Notes under the pieces: generated by a model | Database searches by the model: none | The model's input: only the letters and a program-made list of their open reading frames with translations | Told to the model about the DNA's origin: nothing | Position numbers and translations under genes: made by a program | Shown here: positions 1-7,497 of the stretch, one piece after another | Position numbering within the stretch: position 1 is the stretch's first letter | How the letters are laid out: the number at the start of each line of letters is the position of its first letter | Assembly (NCBI RefSeq): GCF_006345805.1 | Contig: NW_021828467.1 | Coordinates: 1-8,321 of the forward strand | Length of the DNA stretch: 8,321 bases | Origin: Octopus sinensis | Taxonomy: Eukaryota | Direction of reading: 5' to 3'

Positions 1-20
1 TGCGTACAACAAAGAAAACT

Positions 21-120
21 AAAGAGAGAGGGAGAGAGAGAGAAAGAGAGAGAGGTGGGGAGAAGGAGAGAGAGAAGGAGAGAGAGAAAGAGAGAGATGG
101 AAAGGGAAAGAAAGAGAGAG
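21..120. repeat. Degenerate (GA)n purine microsatellite
   Basis: About 100 bp of almost pure AG/GGA/GAA repeats, seen directly in the sequence. Confidence 0.95.
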
Positions 121-721
121 TATTCATAGGTTGATATATGTATATGTATAGGAATTTAGCAGATTACGGCAAAACCAGGTTGAAGCACAATAAACCGATT
201 AACAGAGATTAGGAAAGTCGACACGAATTTAATGAGATCTATATGTGTGCTGTAGAGCAAATGAGTGCCTTCATTGTACATAACCTACATTCATGAGTAC
301 CATGCTATTGTTACTTGGCCCCAGCTCAGCCGTTAACCTTGATCAAATGGTAGTATGTTTCAAAGTACTTCTAGTCACGGCCATCACAAACACATCATAT
401 ACAATATATACATAGACACAGACAGACACTCACATATCACTAAACAAATGCACTCGATCTTCGTCAGTGACCAGGTTGCAGTTAGTGCGCCGAAAATTTT
501 GACACAGTCTCTTAAATGTTTAATTGAAGCTAACAGTGTTTGTGTTTTTGAATGGCTCAAATGTGTCTTCTACTCTCTAACTATTTTCGTTTTAACACAG
601 TCTCAGATCAAATCTTTTGTCTGGCAAATACATCTTGAAAATATGACATGATATATCATAATATAACATAATACAATATAATTTAATATAAAATATTTTA
701 TGATTTAATATATATATTATA

Positions 722-1150
722 GGTGCAGGCGTGGCTGTGTGGTGCGAAGTTTCCTTTCTAACCACATGGTACCAGGTTCAGTTTCACTGCTAGGCACCTT
801 GGGCAAGTGTCTTCAACTGTAGCCTCGGGCTGGCCAAAGCCTTGTGAGTGGATTTGGCAGATTGAAACTGAAAAAAGCCCGTCGTATATATGTATATATA
901 TATATATATATATATACATGTCTGTCTGTCTGTGTATCTTTGTGTCTGTGTTTGTGCCTCACTACCGCTTCACAGCAGATATTGGTGCGTTTACCTGCCT
1001 GTAGCTCAGCGGTTCGGTAATAGATACACATAGAATATGTAACAGGTTTTACAGAAGATAACTAGTACTGAGGTCGGATTCGTTTGACTAAATTTCTTCA
1101 AGGCTGTGCTCCAGCATGGCCACAGTCTCATGACTGAAACAAATAAAAGA
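722..1150 (+). mobile_element. tRNA-derived SINE, family A (octopus-type), near full length, with internal (TA)n/(TG)n microsatellite
   Basis: Has an A-box-like TGGCTGTGTGG (732-742), a B-box-like GGTTCAGTTTC (775-785), a CORE-like CCTTGGGCAAGT (797-808) and an internal microsatellite at ~886-950. The 3' end CCAGCATGGCCACAGTCTCATGACTGAAACAAATAAAAGA is shared with the copies at 6979-7372 and 7819-8054. Family identity is from memory of octopus repeats. No TSD seen. Confidence 0.85.
732..785 (+). promoter_or_regulatory. Degenerate RNA polymerase III internal promoter (A and B boxes) of the SINE head
   Basis: TGGCTGTGTGG resembles TRGCNNARYGG and GGTTCAGTTTC resembles GGTTCGANNCC, with tRNA-like spacing. 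Activity cannot be inferred. Confidence 0.55.
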
Positions 1151-1356
1151 CAAATGGTAATATGATATTAGTAAAAAGACATTAGCAATTTTGAAAGATT
1201 CTAGTTCAAGAAACAAAAGTAAAGTCATTCGATGCATTTTCACTTGCGCTACAGTTACATTCTTTTCAAAATTCAGCGGCACAGCTGAAGTAAAACTATA
1301 ACTAAAAGTATAGGAAGAAAAAATTATATTCAGATTGCACTACTTCAAGCCTAGCA

Positions 1357-1406
1357 TCGTCTCGTAGCACACCAGTGTGCTGTAGCATACCGGTTGCGAG
1401 GCACTG
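1357..1406. mobile_element. Possible terminal fragment of a hAT-type MITE
   Basis: Ends in CCGGTTGCGAGGCACTG, resembling CAGTG...CACTG-terminated MITE ends. It has an internal hairpin AGCACAC-CA-GTGTGCT and a repeated TAGCA(C/T)ACC(A/G)G 11-mer. No matching left end was found. Confidence 0.3.
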
Positions 1407-1415
1407 ATCTAAATA

Positions 1416-1979
1416 TTGGGTTGTCCGGAAAGTTCATGCCGATTTAGTAGCTTAACTTTCGACTTATTATAGAACATGGTTGAGTCCATAAGATAGGATT
1501 TGACTGCACCGCCATTTAGGGAACAGTTCAAGCTATCTTTTCGTGGAAGAAGGTTTATGTTCCTATAACCTGGATTAGTTCTGTAACCCTTTAAAATGGA
1601 AGATAAGAAAGTTCATTTTCGGCACTTGATGCTTTGGGAACCAGATTAAAATTGCTGCAGCTCGGCTGGAATGTGTTTCCCCACCCTCCATATCCACCAG
1701 ATATTGCTCTTTCGGATTTCCACTTATTCAGGTCTCTGCAGAATAGTCTTAATGGTAAAACTTTCAATTCCTTGGATGACGTAAAACGATACTTTGATGA
1801 ATTCTTTGCCATGAAAACACCTCATTTCTGAGAAGAGGGTATTTTCAAGTTAACGGAAAGATGGAGACACATTGTGCAACAAAATGGTTCATATTTGGTT
1901 GATTAAAAATGTAATGGCAAGTATTTATTGACCTTTTGCTTTCCTTTAAAAATCGGTACGAACTTTCCGGACGACCCAA
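1416..1979 (+). mobile_element. Non-autonomous, internally deleted mariner element (564 bp)
   Basis: The left TIR at 1416-1445 (TTGGGTTGTCCGGAAAGTTCATGCCGATTT) matches the reverse complement of 1950-1979 at 27/30, and all three mismatches are transitions. TA flanks both sides (1414-1415, 1980-1981). Transposase N- and C-terminal remnants lie inside. Confidence 0.95.
1596..1906 (+). pseudogene. Mariner (DD34D-type) transposase pseudogene: N-terminus fused out of frame to C-terminus
   Basis: ATG at 1596 gives MEDKKVHFRHLMLWE, a mariner-like N-terminus. From ~1640 another frame reads TRLKLLQLGWNVFPHPPYPPDIALSDFHLFRSLQNSLNGKTF...HF*EEGIFKLTERWRHIVQQNGSYLVD*. This matches the mariner HPPYSPDLAPSD motif carrying the third catalytic Asp. 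There is an in-frame TGA at 1829-1831 and the natural stop is at 1904-1906. Confidence 0.92.
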
Positions 1980-2099
1980 TACTTAAGCTATTTTGTAGAC
2001 ATGGCCCGTGCATAATATATCATGAAGTTCAAAGCAGCAGGAAGTGTCCACACAAGAAAGACAGCTTCATGAAGTGTGTCTATTTACTTTGAGGTGCCT

Positions 2100-2112
2100 C
2101 TGTGTGTGTGTA

Positions 2113-2142
<30 letters not shown>
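2100..2142. repeat. (TG)n microsatellite
   Basis: Seen directly; it ends at the TA (2143-2144) flanking the next transposon. Confidence 0.95.
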
Positions 2143-2143
<1 letters not shown>

Positions 2144-2286
2144 ACAGGGTGTCCCAAAAGTCACTGACGGGTTTCAAGTTTTAATAACTACCTTAACTTT
2201 ACAAATAAATGCATGACATTTTGATACAATATAAAGGACATAATAGAAATTAATATACACAGGTCAAATTTTGTAACACCACTACA

Positions 2287-2459
2287 TCACATATGAAAAA
2301 TGACATTGCTTAAATGGCAGCCGTTTTCAGCTTCTAAACTTGCACCATAACTCCCTCAAAAGTTTCGGACCCTACTTCTCTGATTTCTCTGTTGATGTCC
2401 TCCTTCAGTTGCTCCAGGGTCTCCAGTTTGTTGACGTAAACCCTCTCTTTCATGTATCC
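2287..2459 (-). pseudogene. Transposase C-terminal remnant (left arm)
   Basis: Minus strand reads GYMKERVYVNKLETLEQLKEDINREIREVGSETFEGVMVQV, then after a small deletion ENGCHLSNVIFHM*, with the stop at 2287-2289. Confidence 0.85.
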
Positions 2460-2833
2460 ATGATTGAGACCGTTTTGCGTCCGGCCATTCAAAGTTGACC
2501 ACATACATGGTTCCAGCAAGATGGGGCAACTGCTCATACTACAAGAGAACAATGAGAATAATCTCCCGCTACAGCAATGTCAACTGGCCTTCACGTTCCC
2601 CAGACTTGACTAGCCCGGATTTTTTCTTGTGGGGATACCTGAAAAAGAGGGTTCATCAAACCGGAGATCCTGATGCAACTGAAGGAGAACATCAATAGAG
2701 AAATCAGAGAAATGGGATCTGAAACTCTTGAGGGTGTTATGGTGCAAATTTTGAGGGTGCAAGGTTTGGAAAGAGCACGGGCGTGCAAACCAAAGATGGC
2801 TGCCATTTAAGCGATGTCATTTTTCATAAGTGA
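2460..2833 (+). pseudogene. Transposase 3'-half remnant with second and third catalytic Asp (right arm plus spacer)
   Basis: Across frameshifts it reads MIETVLRPAI...WFQQDGATAHTTRE / TMRIISRYSNVNWPSRSPDLTSPDFFLWGYLKKRV / ...QLKENINREIREMGSETLEGVMVQ...LERARAC / DGCHLSDVIFHK* (TGA 2831-2833). The D-to-D spacing fits DD41D only if about 9 codons are assumed deleted after TM (inference). Confidence 0.88.
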
Positions 2834-2911
2834 TGCAGTGGCGTTTCAAAATGTGACCTGTGTATATTAATTTCTATTATGTCCTTTATATTGTATCAAA
2901 ATTTCATGCAT

Positions 2912-3015
2912 TTATTTGTAAAGTTTAGGAAGTTATTAAAAATTAAAACCCATCAGATATATATATATATCTGATGGGTTTTAATTTTTAATAACTTCCT
3001 AAACTTTACAAATAA
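2912..3015. repeat. Perfect 104-bp spacerless palindrome centred on (AT)7
   Basis: TTATTTGTAAAGTTTAGGAAGTTATTAAAAATTAAAACCCATCAG-(AT)7-CTGATGGGTTTTAATTTTTAATAACTTCCTAAACTTTACAAATAA. It extends to 2906-3021 with one mismatch. Confidence 0.97.
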
Positions 3016-3097
3016 GTGCATATATAAACACAAACACATACACACGTGTGTTTGCCTACAGGCGTGTGGTAGTGCGGCGCTGGCATGACTGTATCAG

Positions 3098-3110
3098 ATA
3101 TAAATATATA

Positions 3111-3151
<41 letters not shown>
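3098..3151. repeat. (TA)n microsatellite
   Basis: Seen directly. Confidence 0.95.
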
Positions 3152-3153
<2 letters not shown>

Positions 3154-3384
3154 GTAATATAATGTATGACAATGAGGGTTTGTGCGTGCACACAGGTGTG
3201 CATGAGTTTGTATTGCATAAAGTGCAAAAGATGTTTTATTATTGCTGAAGCGTGGATTGCAGATATGTGGTGGTGTTGGTGGTGGAGCATATAGATGGAT
3301 GATGCGAGGTAAATGGTGATTTATTATAAAAGTGTATATTAATAATATGAAAGAGGGAGAAATGGCTTGTTGTGTGTTCTTGTG

Positions 3385-3786
3385 TGGCAGAATCGTTTAT
3401 TCAGAAGGCGGTGAGCTGGCAGAAACGTTAGCACGCCGGGCGAAATGCTTAGTGGTATTTTGTTCTGAGTTCAAATTCCACCGAGGTCGACTTTGCCTTT
3501 CATCCTTTAGGGGTCGATAAATTAAGTACCAGTTACGCACTGGGGGGTCGATGTATTCGACTTAATCCCATTGTCTGTCCTTGTTTGTCCCCTATATGTT
3601 TAGTCCCTTGTAGGCAATAAAGAAATAAGAATCGTTTATGTTCTGAATTCAAATTCCGCCGAGGTCGACTGTACAATTTATCATTTCGGGTTCGATAAAG
3701 TATGTACCAGTTGAACACTGAGGTCAGTATAATCAACCTAACCCCTTCCCCCGAAATTTCTAGCCTACTGCCAAAATTTGAAGCCA
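3385..3786 (+). mobile_element. Older tRNA-derived SINE (family B), split in two (3385-3400 and 3628-3786) by a younger copy
   Basis: Head fragment TGGCAGAATCGTTTAT sits at 3385-3400. The body resumes at 3628 with a B box (AATTCAAATTCC) and GAGGTCGAC...GATAAAGTATGTACCAGTTGAACACTGAGGTC...CCAAAATTTGAAGCCA, homologous to 3802-3970. Confidence 0.65.
3401..3627 (+). mobile_element. tRNA-derived SINE (family B, different 3' tail), best-preserved copy
   Basis: Has head AAGGCGGTGAGCTGGCAGAAACG (A box 3417-3427), B box GAGTTCAAATTCC (3467-3479), central GTCGACTTTGCCTTTCATCCTTTAGGGGTCGATAAATTAAGTACCAG and an A-rich tail. It is flanked by the 12-bp direct repeat AGAATCGTTTAT (3389-3400, 3628-3639). Confidence 0.85.
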
Positions 3787-3801
3787 GTATTTCATTTTAT
3801 T

Positions 3802-3970
3802 AAGGCGGACAGAATGCTTTGTGGTAATTCGTCCGTCTTTACGTTCTGAGTTCAAATTCTACCGCGGTTCATTTTGCCTTTCATTCTTTCGAGGTCGATA
3901 AAATAAGTACCGCTTGAACACTGAGGTCGATGTAATCGACTTACCCACTTCCCGTCAAAATTTGAAACCA
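3802..3970 (+). mobile_element. tRNA-derived SINE (family B), third copy with head deletion
   Basis: AAGGCGG...GTTCTGAGTTCAAATTCT...TTTGCCTTTCATTCTTTCGAGGTCGATAAAATAAGTACC...GGTCGATGTAATCGACTTACCC...CAAAATTTGAAACCA, homologous to the two preceding copies. Confidence 0.82.
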
Positions 3971-4278
3971 ATATAAATATAAATGTTGTTTCATAGCAAC
4001 ATAGTGAGCTGAAATATATTTGACTGACTGAAATTATCCCGGTAAGTTGTAGTTCCTATTGGAGACTTTAACGCTTAAAACCAACAACCAAGAGAGATAA
4101 CTCCAATAAGATCAATTGATTACAATATTTTTGATTTTAAAAACAAAGCAGGGTGAAGTAGTTCTTGTTTTTAAAGCCGACTGGTAAAAGCAACGGACAT
4201 GTTTCGATATTATAAAAGCCCTTCAGGAAAAAATACTTTGGAATAATTGTGATCAATAGGGTGGTTTATTAACATATA

Positions 4279-4763
4279 GGTGTGTCTGTATGTGTCTGCA
4301 TGTATGTTTGTTTGTGTGTGTGTGAGTGTATGTGTAAGTGTAATATAACCAATCATTTCTTGAATAACGAAGTCTATTTAGGTAGATGTGTATTTGCGTG
4401 TGTCTGTATATGTGAATGTGTGTATGTGAATCTGTCTATGCGTGTATAAGTCTCTGTCTGCGTGAGTGTGAATCCCTGTCTGGTGAGTGTATATGTTTGT
4501 GTGTGTGTGCACGGGTGAGTACATGTATTCGTGTTGTACATATGTGTGTATATGTGTATGTGTCTGTAATATGTGTCTCTTTCTTTGTATGTTTGTAAAT
4601 GTATATCTGTGTATGAGCATAAAAGTGTCTTCTTTCCGTGTTTGTGTGAGTGTGTGAAAATATATGTTTGTCTGTGAGTATGTGTGAGTGCATGTGTTTG
4701 TGTATGCAAGTGTACACGTGTGTGAACATATATGAGGTATATGTGCTTGTGCAAGTGTGTGTA

Positions 4764-4815
<52 letters not shown>

Positions 4816-4830
4816 TGTGTGTGTGTGTTT
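4279..4830. repeat. Long degenerate TG-rich simple repeat including pure (GT)24 at 4767-4814
   Basis: Seen directly; it produces the spurious HTHT/VCVC ORFs. Confidence 0.95.
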
Positions 4831-4893
4831 GTTAGGTATTTCAAAAAGGTTAATGACTAGAGTAGCGACTTCACCTTTGAATTCTTGAACTTT

Positions 4894-4986
4894 AACAACA
4901 GCAACAACAACAACAACAACAACACCACCACCACCAACAACAACAACTACAAACATACCAAGAGCAGCAGAAACAACAACAACAAC
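4894..4986. repeat. Compound (AAC)n/(CAC)n trinucleotide repeat
   Basis: Seen directly; no convincing coding context. Confidence 0.92.
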
Positions 4987-5103
4987 TTTAATTATCAGAA
5001 ATGGAGGAATTTGAAGAAATACACAGGTAAAACTTCATTTATAGGCTGAAGAAGAGGTAAAAAAAAATAATTAATGATTCTTTGTGATGTAAGTACAAAA
5101 AGT

Positions 5104-5395
5104 GTGTGTGGGTATGTGTGTTTTTGTGTGTGTGTGTGCATGCGAGAGATAGAGGGAGAGAGAGAAAGACAGAGAGTGAGAGAGCTAGTGTGTACTTAAT
5201 TTAATGTGTGGCTTTATGTCTCTGTGAGTGTGCGCGTGTATGTGTGTGTGTGTGCGATTGTGAATAATTGTATGTGAATGTTAGTGTGTATGTAAGTGCG
5301 TTTACATATGTGTGTATTTGCGTTTGTGTGTGAGTATAAATGTGTGAGATGGTAAATGAGTGCAATTGAGGTGTGTGTGTGTGGAAGGAGGCGGG
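5104..5395. repeat. Degenerate (GT)n/(GA)n simple-repeat region
   Basis: Seen directly. Confidence 0.85.
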
Positions 5396-5553
5396 GGTGT
5401 ATTATGCATTAATTAATGTGTATATATGCACCAGAGTGAGTGTGTAAGTATATATATGTTGAAGGGCTTGCGTGTATGTGTGTCATTGCATGTGCTTAAT
5501 CGTATGGCTGTCTGTCCGTGTGATAGTATGTCTGTAAGTACGGTATGTATGTA

Positions 5554-5619
5554 TAGGTAGGTAGGTAGGTAGGTAGGTAGGTAGGTAGGTAGGTAGGTAG
5601 GTAGGTAGGTAGGTAGGTA
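5554..5619. repeat. Perfect (TAGG)16.5 tetranucleotide microsatellite
   Basis: 66 bp of uninterrupted TAGG units. Confidence 0.97.
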
Positions 5620-5941
5620 TGCATGTATGTATGCATACATATATGTATGTATATGTAGGTAGGTAGGTATGCATGTACAAACATATGCATGTATGTGTGA
5701 ATATATGTATGTTTGAACCTATGTATGTATGCATGTATGTATATATGTATGTATGTTTGCATGCATGCATATATGCATGTATGTGTGTGTATATGTATAC
5801 GTATTATGTATGCATATTATGTATGTATGTATGTATGTATTCCAGTATGTATGTGTGCATGTATGTATGCATGCGTGTATATATGCACCAATGTATGCAT
5901 ATATGTATATATATGTATTATTGTGAGCGTGTGTGTGTGTG
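5620..5941. repeat. Degenerate (TATG)n/(TG)n region
   Basis: Seen directly. Confidence 0.92.
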
Positions 5942-5986
5942 ACTAGACCTGTTTTAATAGATGCGAACGTGTCTGCAAGTTTCACT

Positions 5987-6041
5987 GTATGTGCGTGTGT
6001 GTGTGTATGTGTGTGTGTGTGTGTATGTGTGTGTGTGTGTG

Positions 6042-6087
<46 letters not shown>
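5987..6087. repeat. (GT)n microsatellite, slightly interrupted
   Basis: Seen directly. Confidence 0.95.
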
Positions 6088-6090
<3 letters not shown>

Positions 6091-6153
6091 CTCAGTCTGG
6101 GAAAGTGGCTGCGAAAGGAATGAAGTATATCGACAAATGCTGGTTCTATTTTT
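6091..6153 (-). other. Candidate 63-bp internal spliceosomal exon of an unidentified gene
   Basis: Minus strand reads TTTTTGTTCTTTTTTGTCACGTATCTGTAG|exon|GTAACA with a GAG|GT junction. The length is a multiple of 3 and GC is 26/63 within AT-rich or repeat flanks. Two frames are open: KNRTSICRYTSFLSQPLSQTE and KIEPAFVDILHSFRSHFPRL. No protein recognised. Confidence 0.33.
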
Positions 6154-6239
6154 CTACAGATACGTGACAAAAAAGAACAAAAACGATTTTAAAAACTAAT
6201 AAAGTCTTTTTTATTTTTTTTTATTTTGTTACTGTCTCA

Positions 6240-6260
6240 TTTTTTTTTTTTTTTTTTTTT
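6240..6260. repeat. Poly(T)21 tract
   Basis: Seen directly. Confidence 0.97.
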
Positions 6261-6401
6261 CTTACTTCAGCTATTCTCTGGCTTTTCATTTCTTCATGCC
6301 TTTTTGCTGTTTTCTTTTTTGAAATACATATATTGAGTCAGCGAGGCAATATTAATCTTTGTAGGCAGAGAATATGTAATGAAGACGATACACATAAAAG
6401 A

Positions 6402-6424
6402 ATATATATAGGGTGTATGTATAT

Positions 6425-6455
<31 letters not shown>

Positions 6456-6721
6456 TATATATTATATACATATATTTTATTATGTATGTATGTAATATAT
6501 ATATTATATATATATATATATCTATATATACATACATAATATATTGTATTTATTATATATATATACATATATATGTACGTACACATGCTTATATTTTATG
6601 CACATACATACACATACACAAAGGTCAATACACACGCGAAAACTGCGTACACATTCATACACACTTTACACGTGTGAGGCGTGTACATATATTTCATATT
6701 ATTAATGTATATAATATACCC

Positions 6722-6768
<47 letters not shown>

Positions 6769-6834
6769 CATATACGTAAATATACAATATGCAATATATA
6801 TATATATACCCCACACAAACACACATATATAATA

Positions 6835-6875
<41 letters not shown>

Positions 6876-6945
6876 TTATATATATATTATATACACGCAC
6901 ACATACAAACATACATATATACATACATACATATACATACACGCA

Positions 6946-6978
<33 letters not shown>
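6402..6978. repeat. Degenerate (TA)n region grading into (TACA)n
   Basis: Seen directly. Confidence 0.92.
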
Positions 6979-7372
6979 GTGTGTGGTAAGTAAGCTCGCT
7001 TCCAATGCCATGGTTCCGTGCTCAGTCCCACTGCATGGCACCTTCGACAAGTTTCTTCTAATATAGCCTCGAGTCGACCAAAGCCTTGTGAGTGGATTTG
7101 GTAGACGGAAACTGAAAGACCGTCTTATGTATATGTGTGTGTGTGTGTGTGGTGTGTGTGTGTGTGTGTTTGTGTGTGTCCGTGTTTGTCGCCTCAGTAT
7201 CGCTTGACAACCGATGTTGATGCGTTTACGTCCCCGTAAACTAGCAGTTCGGCAAAAGAGACCGATAGAATAAGTAGTAGGTTTACAAAGAATAAGTCCT
7301 GAGCTCGATTTACTCGACCAAAGTCGGTTCTCCAGCATGGCCGCAGTCAAATGACTGAAACAAGTAAAAGAA
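6979..7372 (+). mobile_element. tRNA-derived SINE, family A, 5' tip lost, internal (TG)n microsatellite
   Basis: Colinear with 722-1150: GTGTGGTAAG...CAGTCCCACTGCATGGCACCTT...AAAGCCTTGTGAGTGGATTTGGTAGACGGAAACTGAAAG...[microsatellite]...CGCTTGACAACCGATG...CCAGCATGGCCGCAGTCAAATGACTGAAACAAGTAAAAGA. Confidence 0.88.
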
Positions 7373-7421
7373 TATATTTATATATATATATATATATGTA
7401 GAGAGAGAGAGACAGACAGAC

Positions 7422-7460
<39 letters not shown>

Positions 7461-7476
7461 GAGATTGACAGACAGA
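7373..7476. repeat. Compound (TA)n-(GA)n-(GACA)n microsatellite at the SINE tail
   Basis: Seen directly. Confidence 0.93.
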
Positions 7477-7497
7477 GATGTACATAGTACAAATATG

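Larger units (their letters stand above)
2145..2956. mobile_element. Fold-back non-autonomous IS630-Tc1-mariner element (probable DD41D rosa/Visitor type) made of two inverted 3' ends
   Basis: Starts TA|CAGGGTGTCCCAAAAGTCA. Segment 2164-2459 is the reverse complement (roughly 85-90% by eye, with indels) of 2633-2956. Both arms encode the same transposase C-terminus on opposite strands. The spacer 2460-2632 encodes catalytic motifs. The right arm lacks the terminal 19 bp. Confidence 0.9.

Noticed and set aside
305-386. Possible highly decayed interspersed repeat fragment
   Set aside because: Only a vague resemblance to a remembered octopus repeat; no second copy or structural hallmark in the window.
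440-470. Minus-strand CTGACGA hammerhead-like start
   Set aside because: No GAAA core or usable stems follow.
355-651. 98-aa plus-strand ORF
   Set aside because: Includes simple-repeat sequence, has no recognisable motif and no splice or start context.
3385-3970. CRISPR-like or tRNA gene interpretation of the repeated units
   Set aside because: The units are 160-230-bp diverged SINE copies with no constant repeat-spacer period, and the heads do not form a full cloverleaf.
3997-4041. Plus-strand exon-like segment (TTTCATAG|...CCG|GTAAGT)
   Set aside because: Stop codons in all three frames and no other support.
4046-4075. VVVPIGDFNA, resembling the GDFNA motif of LINE AP-endonucleases
   Set aside because: Ten codons bounded by stops on both sides, with no other endonuclease or RT motif nearby. 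It could be chance.
4374-4956. Long ORFs of 156 and 192 aa (HTHT/VVVG-rich)
   Set aside because: They are translations of (CA)n and (GTT)n repeats, which lack stop codons; no domain content.
4999-5026. Plus-strand 28-bp microexon candidate (MEEFEEIH)
   Set aside because: Weak polypyrimidine tract, not a multiple of 3, and no compatible neighbouring exon established.
5413-6199. Cluster of [12 protein letters not shown] ORFs
   Set aside because: Produced by the (TAGG)n, (TATG)n and (GT)n microsatellites.
6766-7350. 194-aa minus-strand ORF similar to the 813-1031 ORF
   Set aside because: It is the antisense reading of SINE family A plus microsatellite. The similarity reflects the repeated SINE, not a protein family.
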